From Iphione sp. A-MEVVRFRX5 (lineage: Eukaryota), in NCBI GenBank assembly GCA_976226885.1, contig OZ320320.1, positions 75,392,001 through 75,456,000 of the forward strand: 64,000 nt of DNA. Direction: 5' to 3'. The position numbers and the translations under genes were made by a program. Numbering within the stretch: the first letter of the stretch is position 1; each line of letters opens with the position of its first letter. Shown here one piece after another: positions 38,501 through 50,228 of this stretch. The notes beneath the pieces are model-generated. The model did not search any database, was not told the DNA's origin, and saw only the letters and a program-made list of their open reading frames with translations.

Positions 38501-39857
38501 ATTCATCGCTTCTGGAATGACATCTTAGCGAAATAAGCAGAGGGAGAATGTTGATCCCAGTGGCGCTAATGGCAATACGAATGAGTACTCACAAGTCCAC
38601 CAAGTATACACCATTCTACTTGTTGAATAGTAGAGATCTTATACTACCATTGTATACTCTACTCAAGCCCTGCGTGAAGTACTATGGTGACGAACATCAC
38701 TGCTTGGCCATACAGGCTCAGCACTTAGCGATGATAGAGGTTCACCAAAATGTTGCTCAAGCCCGAGAGCACATGAAACGGAACCATGACAGTCGTGCTC
38801 AAGACATCCACTTTGAGGTAGGAGATCCGGTATCCTTGCATAATGCAACAAGACAATATAAGACGGATGTCCGATGGAAACTGTATTACCACATTATTCA
38901 GCGCATAACCCCTGTTAATTCCTTGGTGAGGGATCAAGTAACTGGCACCACCGAAAAGGTACATAGCCATCGCTTGCGATTGGCTAACCTTGATTGGGTA
39001 TTGCCTCTGCAAGAAAATGCGTGACAGCCAAGACAGCATACTGCTTGGGCCGCAGGTCCTGAACCTCCTAACGAGGGAGGGGATGGAGGGGAACTGCCTA
39101 TAGATGATGACGGTTCCGGGTTCTCGTCAGAGGAAGAAATTCCTTTGGCCCAGTTATTTGGACGAGAACAGGCTGATGAGGTTCTATTGTTACAGCCAGA
39201 TGTTGGTTCAGGCAAGGAGCCAAATGCCAACAGGGTGGAAGTCAACCCACCTGGGGATGCAATTGTTGCACCCGAACCCAGGGCACAAGAGCCGATTGAG
39301 GTAGAGGATATGCCTGTGGCCAGGGCTGCCTCTTCTCCAATACCATTGGCAGACGATACTGCTCCCATGGTGCCAGACGACACAGCAGGGGCCAAGGGAC
39401 GAGGTCCCATAGACCCGAGCCAACATGATGTCAGAGCCAAAGGAGGCATGGATACATTGGACCGAGCCATGGGAGGTGCCGTTCCCAAAGCTCAGGCACA
39501 AGAGTTGCGAACTAAGGCTTTGCGCAAAGCCAACGATGAGCTAAGTGACAGGGCTAAGAGGTATTTACGTAGACAGGAAAAGAGAGCTAAAGATGAACCT
39601 CTAGAGATGTTAGGAGAACAACCTAAATGAGTTAGGGAAGTTAAAAGAATTGCGAGTCAAATTACAAGTTCAATCCAGGGACTAATCAAAGTAGTAAGGG
39701 ACAATAAAAAGTGTTAAGAGGAGTAGTAGATGTCTTACAAATGATAACCGAACTAGAAATTGAGTATAGCAGTTTGAGTTCCTCAAATTCATTGTACACA
39801 GCATCAGATGAGTCAAGTTTGGTTGACGGACCTAGGTCTCTCGATTATTGCAGATAA
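35545..39857 (+). pseudogene. pol: Pol: aspartic protease, reverse transcriptase, RNase H, integrase and long C-terminal tail, disrupted
   Basis: Protease LINTGMDVSLI (DTG changed to NTG). RT LDLRSGYHQV and YLDDILIW. RNase H YMDASDSCIGAMLLQ. Integrase HHCC (HNLMGHMG...CVDC) and DDE core (AMDTCGP, LSDNGTEF, NGKTEQ). Many TGA stops and frameshifts. Confidence 0.95.
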
Positions 39858-41919
39858 TCATACTGAGATATGGCCAAATGCGGTAATTATCCTGTTTGTC
39901 CGCTGGGCACTGGTTGCGGGAGGACCATTTGACAACATCATCTTCCATAAACGGACTGAGGTTCTGGCAGTGTTGTCTAGTTGGGAGATTGACCTGGTAT
40001 CCAGTTTTGGCATTTACAAGCAAGCATTGGATCACTTGACTCTCGACTTGGTCAAACTACGAGAAAAGTTAGATGCTGCCGCTGTGATTCCAATGTTACA
40101 GAAAGAATGACCGACTGTCCATGCATGAGAAGTAGCCGCTACTCTTTCCAACCATACACGAGTACTGTGGCAACAAATTTTTCGCACACATGAGAGAGTA
40201 GATCAGATCGTGAGATTGGGTACCGTGGTTGAACTAAGCCTGTGTGAATCAACTCACCTCACCTTAAATGAGGCGCGACCGCCATTGTTGCAGGCATTAT
40301 CGTGGTCATACTAGCAGCTACTGTGGCAGGAGCTATGTTTGCTGAATTAGAAATGTTGAAGGGACGTGTGAATGTGCTGCATTGGGCCCAAAGAGAAATG
40401 GTGACTTTAATTGAAGACACTGTGGCTATTCTCAATCAGACTCGACAGGAGATACAGGCCAACCATGTTTTGATAAATCAGATAATTGCCATTATACAGA
40501 GAATTGAAACTGATTTGTGGGCAGGCATTAGGTATAATGGACATGAAATATCAATGGCATATGCATTTATTGATGCTGAGTGAATGATTGGAACTTTTGA
40601 AGAACAGCTGTATGTAGTCGAAGATGCTATTGTTCGGTTAGAGATTAAAGTGGCTCACCTCATGGCTGGGAGGTTGACACCGGAGGTACTGCCCATAAGT
40701 GAATTAAAGTTGGTACTGGCACATATCCAGCACAACTTGCCGATGCACATGTCATTACCATTTCTGTTGGAAAATGTTTGGGAGAACTACACCACTGTTC
40801 AGACAACTACTGTGTTGATGGGAAAATCACTGGTGGTGACTCTGAAAGTACTGCTAGTGGACCCCTGCGCTAATTTGACCCTGTATGAGGTCATTAACAT
40901 TCCTGTACCCGCATGAGATTTGCCTTATATCGTTAGGTATCACTTGGAGTTCCCTTACTTTGGTATAACTGCCGATGGCAGAAGGTATGCTCAAGTGACA
41001 GGAGAAGATCTTGTCAGGTGCGAGGACATTCATGCAAAATGTTGTGTCGTAACATCCCCACTGTATGAAATTAACCAACATCAGTATTGTGTCATGGCTT
41101 TGTTCCGAGCTGAGTCTGAAATAGTTGATACCTTATGTCAACGTGAGGCTGTAGTCGATGAACATCTTCCCATTGCCCATTATGTAGAGCAGGGGAGATA
41201 GGTAGTGTCCACACGAGAAGATGTTAGCTTTCGGGTTGATTGCCAGAACAGGACACAGCACACGGCACATGCATGTTTTGTTTTTTCTGTAATTACACTG
41301 GGTAATGGATGTAGGGCTAACAGTGATCACCTATCTTTACCCACTTATTATCATAAGCGAACTGAGTATGAAGTTTAAAAAGGCGCCTTTAGAGATGCCC
41401 CCAGAGTTAGATATCCATGAACCTGTGATTGTTACCAACCATTCTATTCATCTGAGTCCTCTGCGTAACCTGACCAATGACGACTTAGGACGACTCATTA
41501 GCTGACTGAAATCTCTGAAGGAACAGATTGATGAACAAGGTTGGGGTACTGGGCCTAGTTGGATGACAATTGTGGTTATTGCTATGGGAATTCTGCTTAT
41601 TGTGCTTGCATGTGCATGCTGTGCATGTAAGAAGGGATGGTGTGGTAAATCCTCTGTACCTGCAACTACTGTAAATTTACCAATGACCTTGTCATGGATG
41701 TGGGAAGGGTCTGCGTCTGGCAATGCTAGCACAGCGAGTGTTCCTTCACCACTCCCCATACTTTCAAGAGGAACCTTGAGGGTTAGGACAGACAAAAAGG
41801 GAAGTAGAATTGATGTTATTGACCCTATTGAACCAGTAGATAACCTTGAAGTTAGGTCGACCCTGTTACAACCGAGTCTCAATGCTATATTGCCTACGGC
41901 CTTGGGACGTGTGTATTAA
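39808..41919 (+). pseudogene. env: Env-like class I membrane fusion glycoprotein (baculovirus F / errantivirus env-like), disrupted
   Basis: Signal-like WPNAVIILFVRWALVAG. HLK* at 40260-40271 (probably RLKR before decay) followed by hydrophobic GATAIVAGIIVVILAATVAGAMF. Heptad-like HR1, a GRLTPEVLPISELKLVL motif, a Cys-rich ectodomain, HR2 (LRNLTNDDLGRLIS*LKSLKEQIDEQ), a TM segment TIVVIAMGILLIVLA, a CACCAC cluster and a ~95 aa tail. Confidence 0.8.
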
Positions 41920-42754
41920 GACTGGTGGCAGGGGAGTGATGAATTCTTGCTATAGTCTAGAAAGGCATGCTTTGTTGTGTTTGATTTGTTATTTACCGTA
42001 TGGTGTGTATTATGATGATGTCATAATGGTGCTGATTCTATCTGCAGACATTTATGTATTACATTATCCACTAGGAATATGAATATGATATCCAATTTTT
42101 TAAGCTTTCCAAGATGTACATATCGTTCATCACATGAAAACACATGGCATCTTTGTTGTTTGTCCTGTAGTGTCAACTTTGTCATTCCTTTAATGGGAGG
42201 GATGTGTCCTTAAACTGCTTGGTGTGTGTTGAAAGTTTTAGGAGCATCTTCCCACCAAAGGGTTATGCCCTCTAGCATAACCTTCTGGCACCAATTGTGT
42301 AGCACTAATTGAACTCTCTTCAGCTTTCATAAAAACAAAGTGCCTTTCTGAAGATAATTGGCTGTAAGTGGGACCACTATGCCACCTCAGTGAACCAATT
42401 GGAGAGTACAGTTACAAGTTTCGATTGAATTGAACAGGTTCATGGTTGGGGTCTGGCCTGACCATCTGGGTGATGGGTAGTTCGGGCATACAACCCATGA
42501 AATGTGGTGGTATCCTTTAGGGTCAGGGAAACCATGGATACTGTACTAGACTCCTGAGGAAAATTGTCCCTTCGTGGACCGGGTTGCTCCGGGCCCACTG
42601 TGAAGGTGTCTCTCATGGTCAAGCAGAGAGTCGGAACTCGTGATTAGGGTTCCGATAGTTTTGGCATCCTTGGAGTGAGTTGGCTGCTGGGACAACCCCA
42701 GGCAATAAACTGTATATCTTGCAGACCTATAGCGGATATATATTATGTATATGT

Positions 42755-43103
42755 TGAGGGTGGGGAGTTAGCTCAGTGGTAGAGCACTGGTCCACTGACT
42801 GAGAGGTCGCAGGTTCAATCCCGGGCCTGGGACTCCTGATCAGGACCAGACAGATTTACTGTAGCCCCAACCCAGAGTGGTCCACAACTTGTAAAAAGGC
42901 CGTGGGTGTATAGGATTCTGTCCCATATGCACAAAAAGACCCCAGAAACCTATTCGAAATAAGAGTAAGGGGCAACCCCGGGTATTCTGGTCTCTCAATT
43001 CTCAATAATAGATGGTAGTATGCTACCCCAGGAGGATATGGAAGATCCCTGTCGTATGATAGGTGAATATATTCCTGGTAAAAGATACAATGAAATGAAA
43101 TGA
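42755..43103 (+). mobile_element. tRNA-derived SINE (MetaSINE-like core) inserted in the 3' LTR
   Basis: A box tagctcagtggt, B box ggttcaatccc, (TGAAA)n tail, and ATATGT duplication (42749-42754, 43104-43109). Absent from the 5' LTR. The central segment resembles the Meta domain as I recall it. Confidence 0.85.
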
Positions 43104-43212
43104 AATATGTGAAGATACAATAAGTGTACGTTTTGTAATTAGTGTCTTTAATGTACAATGGTAAGCGTAAGGAAGAGAGTTCCTATGTACAGTGGACAGA
43201 TATAAGCTTATA

Positions 43213-43390
43213 CAGTGGAGTCTTAATTTGCGACCACATCAATTTCCGACCATTCTTGCTATTACGACCACCTGATGTGGGAACCAAAGTCTTGATTCTA
43301 TTAGAGTAGAGTCTCAATTTCCGACCAAACTTGTTATTATGACAATTTTGGGTCGGACCTGGCCACTGGTCGGAAATCAAGACTGCACTG
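43213..43390. mobile_element. Tc1/mariner-like MITE in the 3' LTR
   Basis: TIRs cagtggagtc / gactgcactg with TA duplication. Absent from the 5' LTR. A homologous copy lies at 45855-46033. Confidence 0.9.
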
Positions 43391-44311
43391 TAATGTGGAT
43401 CCTTGTCTCAGACAACAGGTGTGTCATGTTATGATATGGCACCTCTGATAGTCTGGACATCAATGTCTCGCACACCAATAGACACCCATAAACCATATAA
43501 AAGTGACAGATTAGTCTAAACAAACGCTACATTGGAATTGGGATTTCAAGGCACTTCCAGGAAGGGTGTTGACAGTTTTCACATCCATCATTGAAGGGTG
43601 CTAGGGTGGGATACGGGGTTAATGTGATTCTTGACCGGTCGTGACCCAGGGCATGTACCCAGGTCAGAGGTCAGATAAACTATGACCTAAGGTTACGAAC
43701 TATTATGAATTTTGTGCCTAAGGTTGCGAATTATGACCAGAGGGGTACGAACTCCTGACATAGGGTCATGACCTATCAGTATATAATGTCTCGATTTCTT
43801 CACACTTTTCGGAGAGCTCTGTGGCTACCACCTGTAGGTGTCTACTGTCCAGAATAAAAGATCAACTAACTTGGAAACCTGTGTCATTTTGAGTTGTGTT
43901 ACATTGGCATTTCCTAGAAATACCAGAAATTTTCATTGGCAAACGTTACGGGATGTGCCCGCAGCCTTCAGTTGTCAAATTTAGGACATTCAAAAAGAAA
44001 TTTCCCTGATTTGCTTGTGAGACTACATGCCAAACGTGTTGTGACCTCCAGCCTCGATGATTGTCTCTATTGTTTACGATGTCTTACATAATATGCCCGC
44101 CGAGTGAATCGTTTGCGATGAGCATCATCACACCTGACGTCAAGTGTAACAGGTTGCCGGTGAATAGGCCGGACGTCTCTCTCCTGCTGTGTGACCTGAA
44201 TCCCTTTCAAAACCTGCAAACTATGCCACGTACATTCATTCATTCAGCAAATAACTGTAACTCTGAGTGTAAAACGATTAAAAATACGAGTGGAAAGATC
44301 AGATAGAATTA

Positions 44312-44602
44312 GGCCTCAGCAAAACGATATCTGTTTCCGGTAACATGACCGAGCCTGATTTTTTTTGTCCTAACGGAATTATTTTTTAAACAGCTGTATC
44401 TTCATCAATAATGGACCAAGAAAGACATACTCTGACTGACTGGCTTTCTTGGCTCGTCACCTTTCAGATGGAATCTATTGCGTTAAGATCGAAGAGAACC
44501 ACAGATGCTCTTTTCACTGAAGTCACTGTCTTTAAAAAAAAACCTACCAGCCGACCCTATTTTTCTCAAGCTGTCACCAGAAACACAGATATCTTTTAGA
44601 CT
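44312..44602. mobile_element. Zator-like MITE (related family)
   Basis: TTA-ggcc...ctgtttccggtaac ... accagaaacacagatatcttttagact-TTA. Similar ends occur at 28365-28750 and near 49460-49515. Confidence 0.6.
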
Positions 44603-45854
44603 TTAGCTATAAAGACAGGAAGACACCACTTGGTTCATAGCTTCGAGGCTTCTAATGGCGATGGAAAAGTTGTGATGACTGGCCTAACATTGAGCGTAGC
44701 CAATATTTGTTTTTCGCAGTTTTCCGCACCTGTTGCTTACGCGTAGGCCACGTGAGGCATAAATTAAGGCATCCGAGTGCTGTGGCTTGAAAGCACGGTA
44801 CGACCCACCACATCTGTACAGGCCATTTTAAAAGGATGTTTGCTTCGACAGAACGAGTTTTTTTGTATAATTTTTATCACGAAGATCGCCAACCCAAAGA
44901 GGAGGGCCATATAAAAAGCCCACAGACTGAAAAAATTTTCCATTTTCCTTTGGTAAACCAGGACAAACATACCTATTTATGCTCCTTGGTAACAGTGATT
45001 TCCACGTTCATCGAATGCTCCCTGCCCGTTCTCCGCCGAATTAGTTATGTTTAATTCAATGTTTGAATAATTTGAGTTAATCTATTTATTTGAATCTTTA
45101 TCTTAAGTTGTATCTTACTCGGTGTGGCCGATGTCAGTTTGATATTCTAAGCGATTGGGATAACATTATTCTCGGACTAAGAAAACGGCATTGTTCTGTA
45201 TTCGGCTCGAGTGGAGACGGATTCATTTGGCGGATGCTGCCATTCATGTCAGACCTGAACTTTGGTCGGTTGTGAATTCATGAGTGATTCTGGTCGACCA
45301 ATTGCCATCGTCAAATGGTTGCTCCTAAAACAGAGCATCCGTGTTTCTTGTGTCTGTCTGTCTGCCTGTCTGTCTCCTGGTTACCTTTTCAGTCCACTAG
45401 TAGCCTTTATTGCTCAGTAAAATGGTCTGCCTAAACATTTTTCTTGTATTTGTAGCAGTTCAGCTTTTGTCTGAGTAACCTTAGGAGCATATTTCTGAAT
45501 GCTGACGCTCACAGTGCTGATTTACCCATCACATCTCAAGGCTGACGGTACGGGCTTCCATCTTGGACTGTAACGGACAATGTTAGACCAATGAAGAGGT
45601 CCATTATTCTATATGTTTTTAAAGTAGGTAATGTGCCCCCCCCCCAAAAAAAAAAAAATCCTTTAATTGTTAATGCCAACACGGATTTTGTTAATGGAAA
45701 ACGGTGTCATCTCATCCTGAAAGGGCACAGCACTTGTGTACGGTGAAAGCGGTAGTCATATGTACGTCACATCAGATAATACGGATCGGTTGCAGGGACC
45801 GTTAATTCACAATGACAAGTTATCAAGGTGAATATGCTCCTTCATCGATATATA

Positions 45855-46033
45855 CAGTGGAGACTCTATTTACGACCACCCCCTGGGAGCAAGCTGAACT
45901 GGTCGTAATGGTGAATTTGGTCGTAAATAGATTATTATTAAGTATAGAAATCCAAACTTTTGTACTATGCTGTACTGGTCGTAATAACAGGAATGGTCGG
46001 AAATTGATGTGGTCGCAAATTGTGACTCCACTG
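45855..46033. mobile_element. Tc1/mariner-like MITE, inverted copy related to 43213-43390
   Basis: cagtggagactc...gactccactg flanked by TA. Its right end is the reverse complement of the left end of the LTR-inserted copy. Confidence 0.85.
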
Positions 46034-47117
46034 TATAGAGCGAAGGGCACTACTCCTGTATCAACCTCTTTTCGGTCTCCCCATTTTGGAAGCGTACCCA
46101 GAAATACTGCGTCGGTTTGGACGATTCATCTCACCAGCCTAAGGTAGCCACACTAAGCCCGTGTCGCCTTTATTACCAGACCACGTAAATTATGCAAAAT
46201 TGTTGCTGTGGGAAGCATTGCGCCCATTAATAATTAGTTGGCAACTCTGGAATGTATTAATACAATCGACCAGCTTCCTCTCTGGAGCAGATTAACAATA
46301 AGGTTATGTGATAAGAATTCAGTACTAAATATATTGCTTACCCCAAGTAGGTAATTAGAGACATAGATTTTCTATATAGAGTCAGATTTATGCTACGTTA
46401 ATCAAGACCAATCATTTGCATATTGTAACACTAGCCTGATAGAAAATATGTGTCAGCATCTTATTTTACCAATATGAAATAAAAATCCACACAAACATCT
46501 GGTTTAACACCAAGTACACAACCTCGGGGTGTATGGGTGTCCGTTTATTCAATTCTCTGGTCCTTCTTATATGCAATCCATGCCCCATTGGTTTTTGCAA
46601 CAATGCCAAGGTATTTTGCAATCACAGCTATGCAAGTCAGACTAGAAACCATATCCACAGTCTGGAATACAGGAGCATAAACTGGAGTACCAGACCTCGA
46701 AGCACCAAATCTACCTTGGTATCTAGAGTATCCTACGTCCCCGTCTATCACAATATGATATCCTTGCTGCGTGATATTGCACGAATTTTAAGTGGTGCCC
46801 AACTTTGTTTTTATGAATAAAGAAAAACTCTATTCCCACCATCAGACGTAGGTGACTAAGTACACAGTAATGTTGTTAAGTGTGTGTTCAGTGGATGAGG
46901 TCTCTGATAATCAAGTGATATCAGGTGTATCATCCAGACCCATAAAAAGCGCAGGCTGATACTAAGGTGTTTCTCCTAGGGCCTATTCTACATACTCTCA
47001 TATAGTGTGTAGGTAGGTGTAACGGACCTGGCTATACATTTCTCTATACTCCTCCTTCTCCCCTCACTCCCAAACTCCAAAATGTCAAATAAATACAAAA
47101 AAATATATAAAAATACA

Positions 47118-47252
47118 NNNNNNNNNNNNNNNNNNNNNNNNNNNNNNNNNNNNNNNNNNNNNNNNNNNNNNNNNNNNNNNNNNNNNNNNNNNNNNNNNNN
47201 NNNNNNNNNNNNNNNNNNNNNNNNNNNNNNNNNNNNNNNNNNNNNNNNNNNN
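47118..47252. other. Assembly gap
   Basis: Run of N. Confidence 1.
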
Positions 47253-47532
47253 GGGGAGAGCATGAGGAGAAATAAAATCATTCCTCTTAGAACAAACAAA
47301 ACAAAGTGGCAGGTATCAAATAGGACTTATAGAATTCCAAAGAATGGTCCAGAACGAGCCTGCTTAGTGCACTTGTTAGAAGCAAGCGAGGAGATAAAGA
47401 GGTTGCTACTGTAACCAGCGTGCAAGAACCTCAGAGAGCTGCTGGAGCTCCTCTCCTGGTAGGACATGCCGGGGTCTCATGGTGACAGTAACTAAGGCAA
47501 CATTCACGTCCATACATATACTTGGTGTTGAA

Positions 47533-47710
47533 CAGTAGCAACTTGCCTTGTGGGCAACTCAACCAGAAGGGCAACACAGGATTAAGGGCAAGTTTGGTTG
47601 GTCCCAATGGTATATTTTCTATAATATAAGAACCCAGGTAGGAGGGCAACTTGCAGTTAAGGACAGTTTTGTTTGGTCCCATTGGTCGTCTTAACTCTGA
47701 GTTGCTACTG
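47533..47710. mobile_element. MITE (178 bp) with perfect 11-bp TIRs
   Basis: cagtagcaact...agttgctactg with an internal repeated ggtccca(a/t)tgg. Flanks are not a clean TA. Confidence 0.65.
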
Positions 47711-48334
47711 CACATGAAAGCACAACTAGCAGAATGTTGGCAACGACTGTAGGATGGATTTTTTTCTAGCAAAATGTATCGGGTGGCAATGGCATTAGGT
47801 AGCTGGTGAACTACTTCATCGAGCTTCGGCAAAAATCTTGGGTAAAAAAGAAATGTTACAATTTTAGAAAAAGAATCTAGCTGCACGGCCAAATTCTTCC
47901 ATGATTTTAAAGTTTACATACAGAAATGCAATCCTATCTCATCTGGCATCATCTTTAAGAACAAGAATGAATACCTTAGGGAAAAAAAAGCAGCAACCAT
48001 TTTCCCTCATTTCTACAGACGCTGCGCATTGTTTAGATTTAAATACCACAACACGACAGGTTTAAACGTTAACCTTTACTTCCGTCAGGATGGTAGGGGA
48101 GTCGAATGTAAGCATGAATATTGCAACCAACGTTTATCATCCTTCTTCCATGTATGTCTAACAGATACATGTTTGACTCTCCTGCTCTCCCAGCCTTGTG
48201 CGTTCTGCCTTCCTATGTAGGACCTAATGATTCATCCATTACGGTATATGCTGCAGATTGAATCGGGTCAGCAGTAGTTTTAAAATTCAGTAGAATTTTA
48301 CATTGTTGCCATTTACCTGCTCTCCCAGTACTGG

Positions 48335-48468
48335 AAGATCTGTGGAAAATCCGACACCTTCACCAGGTGGCCCATAAAAGACATCTCCAGCTAGGTGATG
48401 TACAAGGGATTCACTGGTGCAGGGGATCACGCCTACTTAGGCGAAAATGCTAAGAGACTGGAAACACC

Positions 48469-48500
<32 letters not shown>
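48335..48500 (+). mobile_element. Probable 3' end of a non-LTR retroelement with (TAA)n tail
   Basis: GC-richer segment ending in ccataataataataata..., like RTE/CR1-group 3' tails. Confidence 0.4.
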
Positions 48501-48504
<4 letters not shown>

Positions 48505-50228
48505 AAATAAGTTTATTGTCAGTAAACATCTCAGGTACAAAGCTTTTCAGAGTATGACAACAGCAATGAGGGCAACAAATAAGCAAAATTGATTTTTGTA
48601 TATGTCTTAGGTATCTTGTGACATTACTTCATATGCAAGACTTTATTAACCGTTATCATTATATAGTGACAAAATGGACATTAATATACATTTACTGTTA
48701 TGATGTCATGTCGCGGCATATATTCATTCCTTGTACATCAAGTCATTGTAGAAGAGAAATGGTCGTTAGAGTAAGACCGCCACAGCGACACCCGTTAAGT
48801 AATGCCGCCATGGCGATACCTGTTAAAGAACTATATAAGAACAGATAGGTTTTTATGTGAACACTGATTCTAGTGTGGTTAGGGTCGGTGCGGCATGCAG
48901 GGGATGCAAATACAGTTTACTGGTATTATTCCTTTCAATGAAATCGTCGGCAGTTCACAGTGTACAGGGGCTAAAAAAAGAGATATACGTAAGGCTCAAC
49001 TGTATGAATGAAAGAACCTTCATCCTGCAAACAAGGGACACTGACTAGACTAAAAGTGTCAAGAGAGACCGGTAAAAAGGGAATAATGGCAGTCACCCTT
49101 GTCTGAAATGCCTGCCTTAGATAGGCATAGCATTGTAAAAAATACTAGTATTGTTATGATACCGACGTCTGAGTGGTGCACACCGATTGCGTAATGCTGA
49201 CAGGTAGAACATTATGTCAAGGTGTGTACAAGTTACATAATGCTAACAGGTAAAACATGTTTTATTTCTCCTTATACACACTGCTGTATACGTAAAGGCC
49301 CCTCCCCCAAAGTTGCTACAGATTCAGTTTTCATTCAAAAAGGATAATTGCACCTGACAATTTACAGCCCATGGTTTCAACTTAGGTTTATGTAACAGGA
49401 TTGTAAAGTAATTTCTAGCATTATCATTGTGACAATTTTGTTAATTAAAAAAAGCCACTGGCCTACTGACCCCTTTTTTCAACATGTTACTGGAAACACA
49501 GATATTTTTTTTCTCTAATGGAGAAGCAGATGCTCATGAAGTGTGAGGGTTTCTCTATAATATCACCGTTATCGTTGTCGTTTCAATAGGCAATAACATT
49601 TTCGATTAATTCACTCGCACACAAAAATATAGAAGAGGCAAAGTAAAACACTGCACAACCTATACATCCTACATATCCTCCTCTCATAAAAGCCTAGCAT
49701 ATAGACCAACTAATCAGGCTTCTCCCTAAATAAGCCCGTATATTCCTCTCTCAGCACACACAGGGAGCGCCCATTAGCGTGCAAGCAGCCTGTAAACACA
49801 GGACCTGGGCAATACGTCACCAATATGGGGGCAATAGGCACAACCCGAGTCCCACTCATGAAACATTCAGTGCAAACGGCGGGAGATAGGCAGCCATAAC
49901 CATAAAGCGGCCATGTGTACGTGCCGAGGCCAGGTTGACTGCAGCCCTCCGTCCCTCAGGCCCAACCCCCACACACACCCAACCGCCATCCTAGGGATTT
50001 AATGGCGAGTAAACCCACTACCTGCAACCGCCCTGCACCATCAAATGGATGGAACAGGCACAGCTCTGGCCGAGGTCGGGTAGGATTAAAAGGACATGGG
50101 AACAGAGGAGAGCCATGAGAGGCAGACAACAGGCGAAGATAGGGATAAGGAAAAGAGAGAGGGAGAGATGGACAGGACAGGAAAAGTATAGGAGGGAAAA
50201 GCGGATGGACGAGAGAAATACTATGCAT

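Larger units (their letters stand above)
32732..43903 (+). mobile_element. Full-length degenerate Ty3/Gypsy LTR retroelement with extra 5' ORF and env-like gene
   Basis: Termini TGTAACAC (32732) and GTGTTACA (43903). TTGG flanks both ends (32728-32731, 43904-43907). Paired LTRs, a PBS, gag with two CCHC knuckles, and PR-RT-RH-IN domain order, which is Gypsy-type. Confidence 0.95.
42703..43903 (+). repeat. 3' LTR, lacking its first ~60 bp and interrupted by a SINE and a MITE
   Basis: Homology to the 5' LTR starts at caataaactgtatatcttgc. Insertions at 42755-43103 and 43213-43390. Ends GTGTTACA then TTGG. Confidence 0.93.

Noticed and set aside
33705-39488. Antisense ORFs 33705-34205 (166 aa) and 38934-39488 (184 aa)
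   Set aside because: They are shadows of GC-rich, low-complexity sense frames (ORF0 and the pol tail) and show no independent motifs.
42760-42835. Possible tRNA gene
   Set aside because: It is the head of a SINE: it has a tail and a target duplication, is absent from the other LTR, and has no clean cloverleaf.
47018-47117. tgtaacggacctgg as an LTR start
   Set aside because: It runs into an assembly gap, and no matching end with a duplication was found.
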